Shown: positions 9,585-19,919 of the stretch, in pieces
Layout: each line of letters opens with the position of its first letter
How positions within the stretch are numbered: the first letter of the stretch is position 1
Source: Candidatus Acidiferrum sp.
GTDB lineage: Bacteria > Acidobacteriota > Terriglobia > Acidiferrales > UBA7541
Direction: 5' to 3'
Length of the DNA stretch: 64,000 nucleotides
Assembly: GCA_035310365.1 (NCBI GenBank)
Contig: DATGEI010000019.1
Span: 27,784 to 91,783, forward strand
The notes under the pieces: model-generated
Databases searched by the model: none
What the model was told of the DNA's origin: nothing
Seen by the model: the letters and a program-made list of their open reading frames with translations, nothing else
Translations under genes and position numbers: made by a program

Positions 9585-11129
9585 CTACTGTGGGTTTGCC
9601 GGCTGGCCGGCTTCTTTCGGCTTTGAAATGGTATTGAGCGTCTCGACGTTGAAGCGTTTGTAATCGGAATAGCGCGTCACTTCGTTGACTTTGATGCCCT
9701 TGACGAGCAGGAATCGCGCACCGATATGGGCTTCTTCGTAAGTGGGAAGCCAGACTTCATTATTGATGAAGGCCTGTTCGTCGATGAAGCTGGAGCCTTT
9801 TTGGAGATTCGCGAGCAGCCCGCCGCCGATTTTCGCGTCGCCCACAAAATAGGCTTCGATGCGCGCGACCTGATGGGCTTTTTCATCCACCCAGACGACA
9901 CCGGCCAGTTTCTGTACGATGCTCTCAACGAGCGAGCGCGATTTATACTCGGGATTTGGCTCGAAATCGAAGACGAGAACGTCTTCTCCGCGGAAACGCT
10001 CGCGGCGAGGATTGACGAACTGGCAGACGCGAAGAAAGATTTCGATTCCCGGGTCGTCCTTGTCTTTATCCTTTTTCTCCGCGCCTTCCTCTTTCCGTTT
10101 TTCTTCCTTGGCTTCCTTTTTGGATTGCTGCTTTTGAATTTCCTCAATGCGTTTTCTCGTGCGCTGGTTTTCTTTTTCCTGTTCTTGCGGATCGAGAGGT
10201 TTGCCATCCTTGGCGACGAGCGTGGAGACTTCCTGGCCGTCGAGATAGAAAAAAGTGTAATCGTGGATTTCGTGCTTGGTGATTTTGCCGTTCTTGTCCA
10301 TCTCCGTTTCGTCTTCGGCGCGCCGGCCGGAATAGTTCTCGCGGATCTTGTCGATGTCTTTTTGGTTGGCGTCCAGTTCTTCGAAAAGTTTTTTCAAGTC
10401 GGGCAATTGAACCTGAGATTTTTTGGGAAAGTCGAAAACGCGTTCGCCGATGGTTTGATTGACCGAAATGTTTGAGATTTCCACGAGATAGCGTTCCGAG
10501 CCGCGTCGCAACTGCAGTTTATGGGCAAACTGGACACCGGCCTCCGGACGATAGTCGTCGTAGCCGATCTCCTCGAGCTGACCCGCAACGGGAAAAGATT
10601 CCTTAAGAAGAAGATGCGACTGCGCGTCGAAAAAGAGCTGGTGTTTCACACCGGATTGCGATGTGAGCTCGACATGAAATGCATTGCGGCCGTTTACGAC
10701 CTCCGTGCCCGCGAAGAGCGCGGCCGTCTTCGATTTGTTGCGATTGAGAAAATGGGAATTGGCGAGCTGAGCGACGGCTTCGAGTTCGACGGCTTCGGGG
10801 CCGGTCAAAGTGGCGAGTTCACCCGAGGAAGTTTCGCGCCACGAGGATTTGCCGTTGTAGGCAAGGATTTCGGGCTGACCGTTGAACGTAATCTCCGAAT
10901 AGTAGCGATTGGGAGACTTTAAATGCAGAGTGTACGTACCGGACTTGGAATCGCTCTGGCGAGTGACGTTGCCTTCGAACGAGGCAGTGAGCAGTTTGCC
11001 GAGGGCGCGGCTGCCGCCAGAAGCTTTGATGGAATCGTCGAGGATTTTAGCTGCGTCCTGCGCCGGCGCGGAAACCGCGGCACATGCAAAGGCAGCGAGA
11101 GATAGGAAGGTGCGGGAAAGGAGCGTCAT
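9585..11129 (-). CDS. Secreted two-domain protein with LolA/MucB-like (lipoprotein-sorting-like) features
   Basis: Signal peptide; LFFDAQSHLL and YDDYRPEAGV motifs; second domain with GVVWVD..ARIEA and VWLP..YSDYKRF. Confidence 0.6.
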   Translation of the reverse strand: MTLLSRTFLSLAAFACAAVSAPAQDAAKILDDSIKASGGSRALGKLLTASFEGNVTRQSDSKSGTYTLHLKSPNRYYSEITFNGQPEILAYNGKSSWRETSSGELATLTGPEAVELEAVAQLANSHFLNRNKSKTAALFAGTEVVNGRNAFHVELTSQSGVKHQLFFDAQSHLLLKESFPVAGQLEEIGYDDYRPEAGVQFAHKLQLRRGSERYLVEISNISVNQTIGERVFDFPKKSQVQLPDLKKLFEELDANQKDIDKIRENYSGRRAEDETEMDKNGKITKHEIHDYTFFYLDGQEVSTLVAKDGKPLDPQEQEKENQRTRKRIEEIQKQQSKKEAKEEKRKEEGAEKKDKDKDDPGIEIFLRVCQFVNPRRERFRGEDVLVFDFEPNPEYKSRSLVESIVQKLAGVVWVDEKAHQVARIEAYFVGDAKIGGGLLANLQKGSSFIDEQAFINNEVWLPTYEEAHIGARFLLVKGIKVNEVTRYSDYKRFNVETLNTISKPKEAGQPANPQ

Positions 11130-11276
11130 GTGCGTTCTCCAGTGGAAACGCACGGGAAGGATAAAAGTTGCAACGATGAACGTAAAATCCACAAAATTCT
11201 GACGAAAAAGCAAAGCCGAATCGGCCCGGCCGCGCTCGGGCCAGCCTGCCGAGTTTGGCCGCCGATGCGATTGAGC

Positions 11277-12620
11277 CTACGGTTTCGGCCGGTTGGCGTA
11301 TTTTTCGTAGAGTCGCTTGTGGCGGTTGTCCAAAGAGGTCAATTGGCCGCGGATAAAAAGATATTTCACGTCGGTGGTGACTTCGAGCGGGTCGCCGTTG
11401 GTGACGATGACGTTTGCGAGCTTTCCGACCTGTAGAGTACCCATTTGATCGGAGAGGCCGAACATCTGGGCGGGATAGAGCGTGACGGCCTTGAGCCCAT
11501 CTTCGGGTGAGAGGCCGTAAGCGATGGCGTTGGCGGCGTTTTGGCCAAGACGGCGAGCAAAAGAATTGTCAAAGCTGGCGAAGGCGATTTTTACGCCGGC
11601 GGCGACGAGTTCGGCGGGCTGGGTGAGAAGGCGATCGTAAGAATCGTCTTCTTTGCGGGGTTCGGTGAGGACCGGGCGAAGAATGACGGGAACATCCTTC
11701 GAACGAAGAAGATCCTTCACTTTGTAGGCTTCCGCGCCGCCGGCAAGGATCATGCGCAGCTTTTGCTTTTCGCAAAATTCGACGGCGTTGCGGATGTCGC
11801 GAGCCTCGTCGGCGAAAACGAGGACGGGAAGCTGGCCACGAACGACGGGAACGAGTGCTTCGAGTTTGACGTCGCGTTCGAAATCGGAAGGTCCGCCGTG
11901 GCCCATGGCCTGTGCATAGTGACGAGCGCTGTCGAGCAGATCGGCGAGTTGCGTGAGCTGCTTTTCGTATTCGGTTTTCGCTTCGGCGAACGGCTTGTGC
12001 TTTCGCGAAAAAGTGGCGAAATCGAACGACTCGGTGATAATGACGGGCCAATTGATCACCATGGCCGCGCTTTTCTTGATCTGCATGTCTTCCATGGTCC
12101 AGCCGGCCATGTGAATCGCCGAAGCCTGGCCCGCAAGCATGCCGCGATTGCCGAAGGAATCGAAACCGCCGCTGCCGGGAACGCTGAGAACTTCGGTGAT
12201 GCCGGCGGCGCGCGTGACGGGAATGTGTTCGCTCGATGGGAAAACAGCGGTCGCCGCGACAACGTCCGGATTGAAGGCACCGGTTTCGGCGGAATCGACC
12301 GTTGATGACACGGCGCCGATTTCGCTGAGCCCCATCTGCGTGACGGCGTCGAACAGGCCCGGCGAAACTTGCAAACCTTTGGCGTCGATCACTTGGGCGC
12401 CGGCGGGAATTTCCACGGCGGCGCCGATGGCGGCGATTTTGCCGTCTTTGATGACGAGCGTGCCATCTTCGATGGGAGCGCCGGCGAGGGTGACGAGTTT
12501 CGCGTGCGTGATGGCGTAGGTTGGAGATGCCGAAACCTGCGCGGAGGCGGAAGCCGCGAAAGAAAACGCAGCGACGAGTGACGCGGCCAATTGCAGGGCG
12601 AAAGATTGACGGCGATTCAC
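11277..12620 (-). CDS. Secreted amidohydrolase-family protein, metal ligands degenerate
   Basis: IDAKGLQVSPGLFD and GTLQVGKLANVIV fold motifs; HxH replaced by AVTQ. Confidence 0.85.
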   Translation of the reverse strand: MNRRQSFALQLAASLVAAFSFAASASAQVSASPTYAITHAKLVTLAGAPIEDGTLVIKDGKIAAIGAAVEIPAGAQVIDAKGLQVSPGLFDAVTQMGLSEIGAVSSTVDSAETGAFNPDVVAATAVFPSSEHIPVTRAAGITEVLSVPGSGGFDSFGNRGMLAGQASAIHMAGWTMEDMQIKKSAAMVINWPVIITESFDFATFSRKHKPFAEAKTEYEKQLTQLADLLDSARHYAQAMGHGGPSDFERDVKLEALVPVVRGQLPVLVFADEARDIRNAVEFCEKQKLRMILAGGAEAYKVKDLLRSKDVPVILRPVLTEPRKEDDSYDRLLTQPAELVAAGVKIAFASFDNSFARRLGQNAANAIAYGLSPEDGLKAVTLYPAQMFGLSDQMGTLQVGKLANVIVTNGDPLEVTTDVKYLFIRGQLTSLDNRHKRLYEKYANRPKP

Positions 12621-14074
12621 TTCACACCTCCAAAGGAGTCAGCCGAAGGCATTTTGGGCATGTCTTCCGGTTTCTTCTTTTCTTCCGGTTTCTTGTCGCC
12701 GGGCTTTTTTTCGTCTTTCTTTTCGTCAGCCTTTTTGCCGGCTTTCTTTTCTTTCTCGAGGAGTTCCTTCTTTTCTTTTTCGAGGGCGGGGCGTCCGGCG
12801 ATGTCCTGCTGGCGATCGAAATAGACGCGTCCGTCGATCAAAGTTTTCTGCACGACGGCGTAGGCGCTGAGCGGATCGTGATTGTAGATGACGAGGTCGG
12901 CATCCTTGCCGACTTCGATGGAGCCGACGCGTTTATCGATGCCGAGTTGAATCGCGGGATTGATGGTGACGAGTTTCAAGGCTTCGTCGTGCGAGAGGCC
13001 GCCGTACTTGATGGTTTTTGCGGCCTCTTGATTGAGGTGAGTGGCTTCTTCCGCGTCGTCGGAATTGATCGAAACGACCACGCCTCGCCTGGTCATCAGC
13101 GCGGCGTTGTACGGAATAGCGTCATAAGCTTCGACTTTGTAAGCCCACCAATCGGAGAAAGTGGATGCGCCCACACCGGCGGCGGCGAGTTCGTCGGCGA
13201 CCTTGTAGCCTTCGAGAACGTGCTGCAAGGTACGGACTTTAAAGCCGAATTCCCTGGCGACCCGGAGCAACATGAGAATTTCGTCTTCGCGGTAACAGTG
13301 GGAGTGGACGTAGCGCTTGCCTTCGAGGACTTCGACGAGCGGATCAAGGCGAAGGTCGCGCCGCGGCGGCAGAAGGTTCTTTTCACCCGCCGCAACTTTT
13401 TTGTTGTACGCGTCCCAGGCGTTTTTGTAATCGCGGGCTTCGGTGAAGGCGGCGCGAATGGTTTCTTCCACGCCCATGCGCGAAGCGGGATAGCGCCTTT
13501 CGCGGCCGGGAATGGAGAAATTCGAACGCTTGGGGTTTTCGCCGAGCGCGAATTTGATTCCGGGCAGAGCGCCTTCGAACGGGAGCTTCGCGGCGGGCTG
13601 CCCCCAGCGAAGCTTGATGACGATGGTCTGGCCACCGATGGAATTGGCGCTGCCGTGCAGAATGTTTGCGGTGGTGACGCCGCCCGCGAGGTCGCGGAAG
13701 ATGGATATGTCGTCCGAGTCGAGAACTTCGGCAATGTTCGCGATGGACGAGACGGAAATGCTGCCTTCGTTGACGCTGCCATCGACCGCGATATGCGAGT
13801 GGCAATCGATGATGCCGGGCGTGACGAACATGCCGGTGCCATCAATGATTTGCGCGCCGGAAGGCGCTTTTACGTTCGGGCCGACCTCGGAAATCTTGCC
13901 ATCTTTGACGAGCACGGAGCCGTGCTCGATGGTGCCTTTCGTGACGGTGAGCACGGTGGCGTTCTGAATAAGGATGACGGAAGGCGAGTCGGGCGGAGTT
14001 GCGGCCGCGAGCCATGCGGTTAGAAAAAAAGCCGCGAACGCGATGGTGATTCGAAAAGCAGTAGAGCGATTCAC
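12617..14074 (-). CDS. Secreted amidohydrolase with intact binuclear metal site
   Basis: PGIIDCHSH, IKFALGENPK, HSHCYR, LQH, INSDD and GSIEVGKDAD motifs; Lys/Glu-rich tail. Confidence 0.92.
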   Translation of the reverse strand: MNRSTAFRITIAFAAFFLTAWLAAATPPDSPSVILIQNATVLTVTKGTIEHGSVLVKDGKISEVGPNVKAPSGAQIIDGTGMFVTPGIIDCHSHIAVDGSVNEGSISVSSIANIAEVLDSDDISIFRDLAGGVTTANILHGSANSIGGQTIVIKLRWGQPAAKLPFEGALPGIKFALGENPKRSNFSIPGRERRYPASRMGVEETIRAAFTEARDYKNAWDAYNKKVAAGEKNLLPPRRDLRLDPLVEVLEGKRYVHSHCYREDEILMLLRVAREFGFKVRTLQHVLEGYKVADELAAAGVGASTFSDWWAYKVEAYDAIPYNAALMTRRGVVVSINSDDAEEATHLNQEAAKTIKYGGLSHDEALKLVTINPAIQLGIDKRVGSIEVGKDADLVIYNHDPLSAYAVVQKTLIDGRVYFDRQQDIAGRPALEKEKKELLEKEKKAGKKADEKKDEKKPGDKKPEEKKKPEDMPKMPSADSFGGVK

Positions 14075-15777
14075 TGGGCACCTCCCAAGGAAGTTGTGGC
14101 CGAATTTGTGGAAGCGCCGGGACGAGTGCCGGTGAAATCAATCGAGAACGACATGACGGCGATGGAACCTTTCATTGTGTCTTTTTCGAAGGTGCCGGAA
14201 AAACTGACGTCCGTCGGACTGCCTTGAATGGGCATGTTGATCACAAAGTTGAATTTATCGGCGCTGGCGTAGCCGCTGATGATGGTGCCGACGCCGCGCT
14301 TGCTCGAAAGAGTTCCCGACAAAGTGCCATCGGCGGACATGGTGAGGTCGGCGGTGCTTTCTTCATCGCCTTCGGGCGTGGTGTATTTCAGCGTCCACTT
14401 TCCGGAGAGATCTCCCTTGGGCGGATCTTTTGGCCGGTCGGGCTCGCGGAATTCGAATTTCTTGCCGTCGACAAACGTGAATTTGATTTTCGTTTTCTCG
14501 GCGAACAGATCGCCGTCGGTGACGAGCAGATTGGCGATTTTGCCCTTTTCGATAGAGCCGGTGCGATCCGCAACGCCGAAAATTTCCGCCGGCGAAAGCG
14601 TGAGGGCGCGAAGGGCTACGTCCGATGCCAGCCCGGCGTCGACCGATTTCTTGACGGCCTTGACGATGTCGGCGGGCGAGGCGATGCCATCGGAGCTGAA
14701 AGCAAATTTCACACCCGCTTTGGCCAGCGCGGCAGGAGAAGACGGCGCGCGATCGCGAAAGCGCAAACCACGCAGGCTGGGCACGTCATCCGGGTCCGCG
14801 TCCTTGTCCGGTTCGGGCCACTTGAGATTGACGATGACGGGCAGCTTCTTGGCGGCGAGTTCGGGCGCGACCTCGTATGCCATTTGTGCGCCGACGACGA
14901 CAGCGGGAACTTTCCAGCGATCCACCAAAACGAGCGCACGACGGAGTTCAAGCGAACTGTTTGCGGGAATCAGGACGAGCGCGTGATCTTCCAACGCGTC
15001 GGCGATCGCGGCGTTGACGCGGTCATACCGCGGACGCGCCGTGCCGCGGGGATTTTTTTCGTACGCGGCTTCCGCTTTGCCGCTCCAGTCCACATCGAGC
15101 CAAACCTGATGGACATAACCGAGCACGCCCATTTTTGAATCGGGAAAACCGCTGCCGAATCCGCCAGTGGGATTTAAAGAAACGGGAATCGCGACGGGAG
15201 CTTTAACGACGAGGTCACCGTTTCGTTCGCCCGCGAGATCGAAGACGGCGGCTTGTCCGGGAAAGAACCCGCCCTTTGGCGAGGAAACGACGGTGGTAAA
15301 ACCCGCGTTGCGCCAGGTTTCGATGCGCTTGTCGGCGAGACTCGCTTCATCGGCGGCATTGCGCCAAGGAGTTGCGCCGGGGCGATCTTCAGGGCCGCGA
15401 GCAGATGGCTGGGCATTTCCTCCGCCGCGCGGGCCGCCTTCAGCGGAGCCTGGCGTCGGAGCGCTAACAAGCCCTACGTCCGTTAAGGCGTCAAACAAGC
15501 CTGGATAAACGATGAGGCCTTTGCCTTCGATGACGAGAGCATCCGCCGGAATCGGAGTGTCTTTGCCGCCGAGGGCGAGGATGACACCGCGCGCAACGAC
15601 GACGGTCGCGTCGTCAACCGCGGGGCCGGAGACGGGAACGACCTTTGCGCCGCGAATGGCGAAGTATTGCGGCTCGCCGCCTTGCGCGGAAGCCGGCGGC
15701 GCGCCAAAGGATTGCGCGAATAAGAGCACCGCGAAAGCAAGCGCGAGAACACAGCAACGGGATGAATACAATTTCAT
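14071..15777 (-). CDS. Secreted amidohydrolase-family protein (degenerate site) with extra C-terminal beta domain
   Basis: YPGLFDALTD (no HxH) and GSIEKGKIAN; C-terminal domain starting DLSGKWTL; GAGGTG upstream of 15777. Confidence 0.85.
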   Translation of the reverse strand: MKLYSSRCCVLALAFAVLLFAQSFGAPPASAQGGEPQYFAIRGAKVVPVSGPAVDDATVVVARGVILALGGKDTPIPADALVIEGKGLIVYPGLFDALTDVGLVSAPTPGSAEGGPRGGGNAQPSARGPEDRPGATPWRNAADEASLADKRIETWRNAGFTTVVSSPKGGFFPGQAAVFDLAGERNGDLVVKAPVAIPVSLNPTGGFGSGFPDSKMGVLGYVHQVWLDVDWSGKAEAAYEKNPRGTARPRYDRVNAAIADALEDHALVLIPANSSLELRRALVLVDRWKVPAVVVGAQMAYEVAPELAAKKLPVIVNLKWPEPDKDADPDDVPSLRGLRFRDRAPSSPAALAKAGVKFAFSSDGIASPADIVKAVKKSVDAGLASDVALRALTLSPAEIFGVADRTGSIEKGKIANLLVTDGDLFAEKTKIKFTFVDGKKFEFREPDRPKDPPKGDLSGKWTLKYTTPEGDEESTADLTMSADGTLSGTLSSKRGVGTIISGYASADKFNFVINMPIQGSPTDVSFSGTFEKDTMKGSIAVMSFSIDFTGTRPGASTNSATTSLGGAQ

Positions 15778-15970
15778 GGGTTGCACCTCATGTGAAAAAG
15801 CGGCAGGACGAATCCGAATGGGAGCCGTAAACATGAACGCACGAGGCTACTGGTAAGTCGAAAAAGAGTCAAGAATTGGGAACGGAAAAAAATCGCGGAA
15901 CGGCTCGGATGAGCTCCCCTTGTGGAAAACTCATCCGGCGAACCAACTTAGTTATTTCGAAGCGAGATGG

Positions 15971-17683
15971 TTATGGGTTTTTCTTTTTCCCGAAAAGGCC
16001 AGTGATGGTATCGACGGCGTTCGTCGGAGTCTTCGCGCCCTTTTCGCCGGCACCGAGCAGTGTGCCACCCGTGCAGCCGAGTTGCGATTTAAGGAGTCCG
16101 GCCGCGACGCCGCCCACATCTGGAATGAACTTCGGGTCGGAAGATGTTCCCTGAATCAGGAAAGGAATCGTGGTGCCGCCTTTGCAGGCGCCGCTCTTCC
16201 CTGCTCCAGTTGCCGCACCGAGAAGCGAGCCGATGCCATTGCCGGCGTTGCCCATGGCGCCGATCGCGCCGCCGGTGATGGTCGCGGCCATTTTGAAGTC
16301 GAGGACGTTTTTCGAATCGAGCGTGCCCCCGCCGGTAAGCGTGCCGAGCGCCGGCAGAATGGCGTTGAAATTTTCCGCGCGAAGGCCGTTCGGAGCCATG
16401 TGAACGTTCGTGGTTAGTTTTTCGATTTCAAGGTCTTTGCCGGTCTTGAGTCCGGTGAGCGCGGTGATGGCAGCCATTTTCGAGCCGAGATCAAATCCTT
16501 CCAGCTTGGCCGCGTTCAGGCCGATCGTACCGTCGGTCACGAGCTTGTTGGTAGGACCTTTTATGTCCAGATTTGTGCTGAGCGTTCCGGCGGTGAGCGA
16601 GGCGCCCTTCGGAATGTTCACGCCAATCGCCGGCAAAAATGCTTCAAGGTCTTTCGCCGGCATCGCATCGCCGACAAGTTTGACGTCGACGGAAGTTTCT
16701 TCGCCGCGCGTTTCGTACGTTCCGCTGAGATGCGCGACGGCGGAACCGATTTTTACCTCGGACGGCGTGATGACGCCGGAATTTTTGCGCAGGTCGTACC
16801 TGGTGCCATATTCGATGACGGCGGGAACACCCGCGGGCGAACCGCCCTGCACGAACAGCGCCTTCGAAAGCTTCAGATTGCCCTTGGTTTCGGCGGTTCC
16901 GTTTTTGGCGGCGATGGTGCTGTCGAGATCCACCAGGCCACCAAGGCCAAGGTTGGGATCGAGAAAGCCGGTGCGAGCGAGGTCCAACGAACTGACGTGA
17001 ATTCTTGCCTCGAGCGGCGTGAGCGCCGTATCCAATTTATCGAGCGGGCCGGCGTTGCCGTCCAGCTTGAATTGGCCGCCGCCGGGCAGTTCGGCGGAGA
17101 CGGTGAGGGGAAATTTCGTGTTCATCGAAACGTCGCTGGCCGTCACCGTGACGTGGTCATAGGTATTGCGCTTTTGTGAACTCGTGGTGCCAACGATGAT
17201 TTTGCCGTCTCGTAGTTCGAGTTTCTTGACGGAGACTTCCGGCGTGGAGGAAGAAGAAGACGCCGACTCGGGCTTCGCGGCCGCGGACTTGGACGACGCG
17301 CCGAGCGAGGAATAGTTCCACTGGCCGGCAGAATTGCGCAGAAGCGTGACCTGCGGTTCGTCGATCGCAATGCCGGTCACGTTTAGCGATTTGGAGAAAA
17401 TCAGCGGGAAAATTTCGACGCCGACGCTGAGCGACTTTGCGGTGAGAAAGGGCGACGGGCTGAATTTCGGATCATCGCCAACGGAGAGATCCTTGGCGGT
17501 GATCGATCCGGAGAGAAGCGAAAGGCTCAGGTCACCGACGGTGACTTTGCGGCCGAGCGCGCTCGAAGCCGTTTGCTCGATCGTGGGACGGAATTTATTG
17601 ACGGGAATCAGAAAAGGGACGGCGACGAGCAGCACCACGATGACAACCACAGCGATAAGCAGGATGCGAAGCTTTTTGCCCAT
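15971..17683 (-). CDS. asmA: AsmA family protein
   Basis: N-terminal anchor; ALGRKVTVG and PQVTLLRNSAGQWNYSSL motifs; C-terminal IPFLIQGTSSDPKF; GGAGG upstream. Confidence 0.85.
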   Translation of the reverse strand: MGKKLRILLIAVVVIVVLLVAVPFLIPVNKFRPTIEQTASSALGRKVTVGDLSLSLLSGSITAKDLSVGDDPKFSPSPFLTAKSLSVGVEIFPLIFSKSLNVTGIAIDEPQVTLLRNSAGQWNYSSLGASSKSAAAKPESASSSSSTPEVSVKKLELRDGKIIVGTTSSQKRNTYDHVTVTASDVSMNTKFPLTVSAELPGGGQFKLDGNAGPLDKLDTALTPLEARIHVSSLDLARTGFLDPNLGLGGLVDLDSTIAAKNGTAETKGNLKLSKALFVQGGSPAGVPAVIEYGTRYDLRKNSGVITPSEVKIGSAVAHLSGTYETRGEETSVDVKLVGDAMPAKDLEAFLPAIGVNIPKGASLTAGTLSTNLDIKGPTNKLVTDGTIGLNAAKLEGFDLGSKMAAITALTGLKTGKDLEIEKLTTNVHMAPNGLRAENFNAILPALGTLTGGGTLDSKNVLDFKMAATITGGAIGAMGNAGNGIGSLLGAATGAGKSGACKGGTTIPFLIQGTSSDPKFIPDVGGVAAGLLKSQLGCTGGTLLGAGEKGAKTPTNAVDTITGLFGKKKNP

Positions 17684-17848
17684 GTAAACCTCCGGAGCGA
17701 TTCCGTGCGGCAAGGGATTCAGGCGGCGAGAGGCATACTACCACAACGAGTGAATGACGGCGGGTGACGGAAAGCGCGCCAAGCAATGCGAAAAGCTTTG
17801 GCGCAGCGCGCGACGTCCCACGGAAATGTGATGATAAACTGGGTTTGT

Positions 17849-17925
17849 GGGGCTGTAGCTCAGATGGATAGAGCGTCGGTTTCCTAAACCGCAGGTCGGC
17901 GGTTCAACTCCGCCCAGCCCCACCA
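17849..17925 (+). tRNA. tRNA-Arg (anticodon CCT)
   Basis: GGGGCTG/CAGCCCC acceptor stem, D-arm TAGCTCAGATGGATAGAGC, anticodon loop TTCCTAA, T-loop GGTTCAACTCC, encoded CCA; 77 nt. Confidence 0.97.
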
Positions 17926-17932
17926 TTCACGT

Positions 17933-17990
17933 CGGGTCCAGCCCGGAGACATGGGCAACACAACTTACCTAAGACATAGGTAACACTTTT
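17933..17990. mobile_element. Probable IS481-family terminal remnant (no transposase)
   Basis: AGACATGGGCAACAC (17947-17961) and AGACATAGGTAACAC (17972-17986) repeat with a 25-bp period, resembling TGTTACCTATGTC-type subterminal repeats as I recall them. Confidence 0.5.
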
Positions 17991-18035
17991 GGGCCGAACG
18001 GCACGAATGGGTTTATGATGATTCTTGTGGGCCAA

Positions 18036-18449
18036 ATGAAGCGACTTTCTAAATCGGGCGGTGCGATGGTGGCGTGCCTGATCGCCGTTGCGCTGCTCGC
18101 GGGGCCGCTCTGTGCGCCGGCCTGTTCCGGAATGGCGTGTTTCGCGGGGTCCGCGCGGGCCACTGAATCCGGGAATTGTCATGCAATCACCGGCGACGCA
18201 CGCACCCATTTGAAACTGGGGCCCGCTGCAAGCGCGTGCGGATTTAGGGACGCGGCGCCCGCCGTTTTGAACCGGCCGGTCGCGGATGAATTCACATGGG
18301 CCGCACACAGCGGCGGGTTTTCCTTGGCCACTGCGAGTGCAAGTGGGCAACAAGTTGTTGATGCTTGCTCTATATTGAGAGGTTCTTCGTCTGGTCCACC
18401 CCTGGCGTCGCAGTGCGTCGTTGCTTCCGCTTTAATTCTGCGTATCTGA
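18036..18449 (+). CDS. Cys-rich exported leader-like protein (DUF2946-like)
   Basis: Hydrophobic N-terminus; CAPAC, MAC, NCH and ACG motifs; C-terminal GPP...LILRI; directly upstream of the copper oxidase. Confidence 0.55.
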   Translation: MKRLSKSGGAMVACLIAVALLAGPLCAPACSGMACFAGSARATESGNCHAITGDARTHLKLGPAASACGFRDAAPAVLNRPVADEFTWAAHSGGFSLATASASGQQVVDACSILRGSSSGPPLASQCVVASALILRI

Positions 18450-18593
18450 ATTTCCCGCCAATTGATAAGCGCGCCGTCGCGCGAGCAGCCGCGCCAATCC
18501 CTAAAAACACATCGTTCGCCCTTTTTCCCCAGGGCCTTTGAAACGATTTGATCTGCACCCCAATCTTTTTAAGGAAATTCAGGAGATCGATCC

Positions 18594-19919
18594 ATGAGCA
18601 GTTCACGCAGAAGTTTTTTTCAGAGTGCGGCATTTTTTGGAGCCGGATTATTCGGACTGAGCGAAAGTTTGCGCGCGCAGTTGCGCGGAGTTCGGCGGGA
18701 AAGCGAAGGTGAGCGTTCGAAACGAGGTCCGGCGAAATCGTCGGCGCCGCCCGTTCGCATGATCACGCCCGACGTTGGCGATTTGCCGTTCGAAATGGAC
18801 GGCAACACGAAAGTGTTCCGGTTGATTGCGGAGCCGGTCAAACGAAGCGTGGTTCCCTGGAAGAAGCTCGACGTTTGGGGCTACAACGGGAGTTGTCCCG
18901 GTCCGACGATACAGGTTACACAAGGCGACCGCGTGCGCGTGATCTTCGAGAATCGTCTGCCGGAGAGCACCACGATGCATTGGCACGGACTCGAAGTGCC
19001 GATCGAACAGGATGGAGTGCCGTGGATCAGCCAGAAGCCGACGGCGCCGGGCGAGAAGTTCACTTATGAATTTACAGTGCACCAGGAAGGAACTTTTTTT
19101 TATCACGCGCACAGCGCGATGCAGGAAATGATGGGGCTGCTGGGATTTTTCGTGTCGCATCCGAAGGAAGCATTTACGCCGCGTGTCGATCATGATTACG
19201 GCATCGTGCTGCAAGAGTGGGCGGTATTGCCCTCGAATACGGTGCCGAACAGCGCGTCGATGGAATTTAATTGGCTGACGTTTAATGGCGTCTCCGCTCC
19301 GCTGACGACGCCGCTGCTTGCGCGACTCGGCAGCCGCGTGCGATTGCGATTCATCAATCTCGGAATGGATCATCATCCGATTCATTTGCACGGCAATCAG
19401 TTCGTCGTGACGGGAACGGAAGGCGGGCGCGCGCCGGAGACGACCTGGTATCCGTCGAACACGGTGCTGGTCGGCGTGGCGCAAGCGCGCGTCGTGGAGT
19501 TTGACGCGAAGCATCCGGGCGACTGGATGATTCACTGCCATTTGCCGCATCACATGATGAATTCGATGATGGACCTGCTGCGCGACCGGCAGATTTCGAC
19601 CGCGGATTTGACGGAAGAGGGCGCGATGCAGCAGATGCAATCGCTTGCGGCAAGCGCGAATTTCATGCACGTGCATCCTTCGCCGATTGCGCCCGACGCG
19701 GAAAATACGGCGGGATTTCCGCAAGACGCGTTCATGGAGATGGGCATGGATGAATTGGTGGAGAAACCCGAGACGTATGGTCTGCCGAAAAATTGGAGCG
19801 CGGGAATGATGGGAATGATGACGATGGTGCGCGTGCTGCCGGACGAAAAGTACGACGAGATTGTGAAGCGCAAGGGAAATTCGTCCGCAACGGAAAGGGA
19901 GCGCCACCATGAATCGTAG
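18594..19919 (+). CDS. Tat-exported two-domain multicopper oxidase
   Basis: SRRSFF Tat motif; HWHG, YHAH, HPIHLHG and HCHLPHHM copper motifs; Met-rich tail. Confidence 0.93.
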   Translation: MSSSRRSFFQSAAFFGAGLFGLSESLRAQLRGVRRESEGERSKRGPAKSSAPPVRMITPDVGDLPFEMDGNTKVFRLIAEPVKRSVVPWKKLDVWGYNGSCPGPTIQVTQGDRVRVIFENRLPESTTMHWHGLEVPIEQDGVPWISQKPTAPGEKFTYEFTVHQEGTFFYHAHSAMQEMMGLLGFFVSHPKEAFTPRVDHDYGIVLQEWAVLPSNTVPNSASMEFNWLTFNGVSAPLTTPLLARLGSRVRLRFINLGMDHHPIHLHGNQFVVTGTEGGRAPETTWYPSNTVLVGVAQARVVEFDAKHPGDWMIHCHLPHHMMNSMMDLLRDRQISTADLTEEGAMQQMQSLAASANFMHVHPSPIAPDAENTAGFPQDAFMEMGMDELVEKPETYGLPKNWSAGMMGMMTMVRVLPDEKYDEIVKRKGNSSATERERHHES

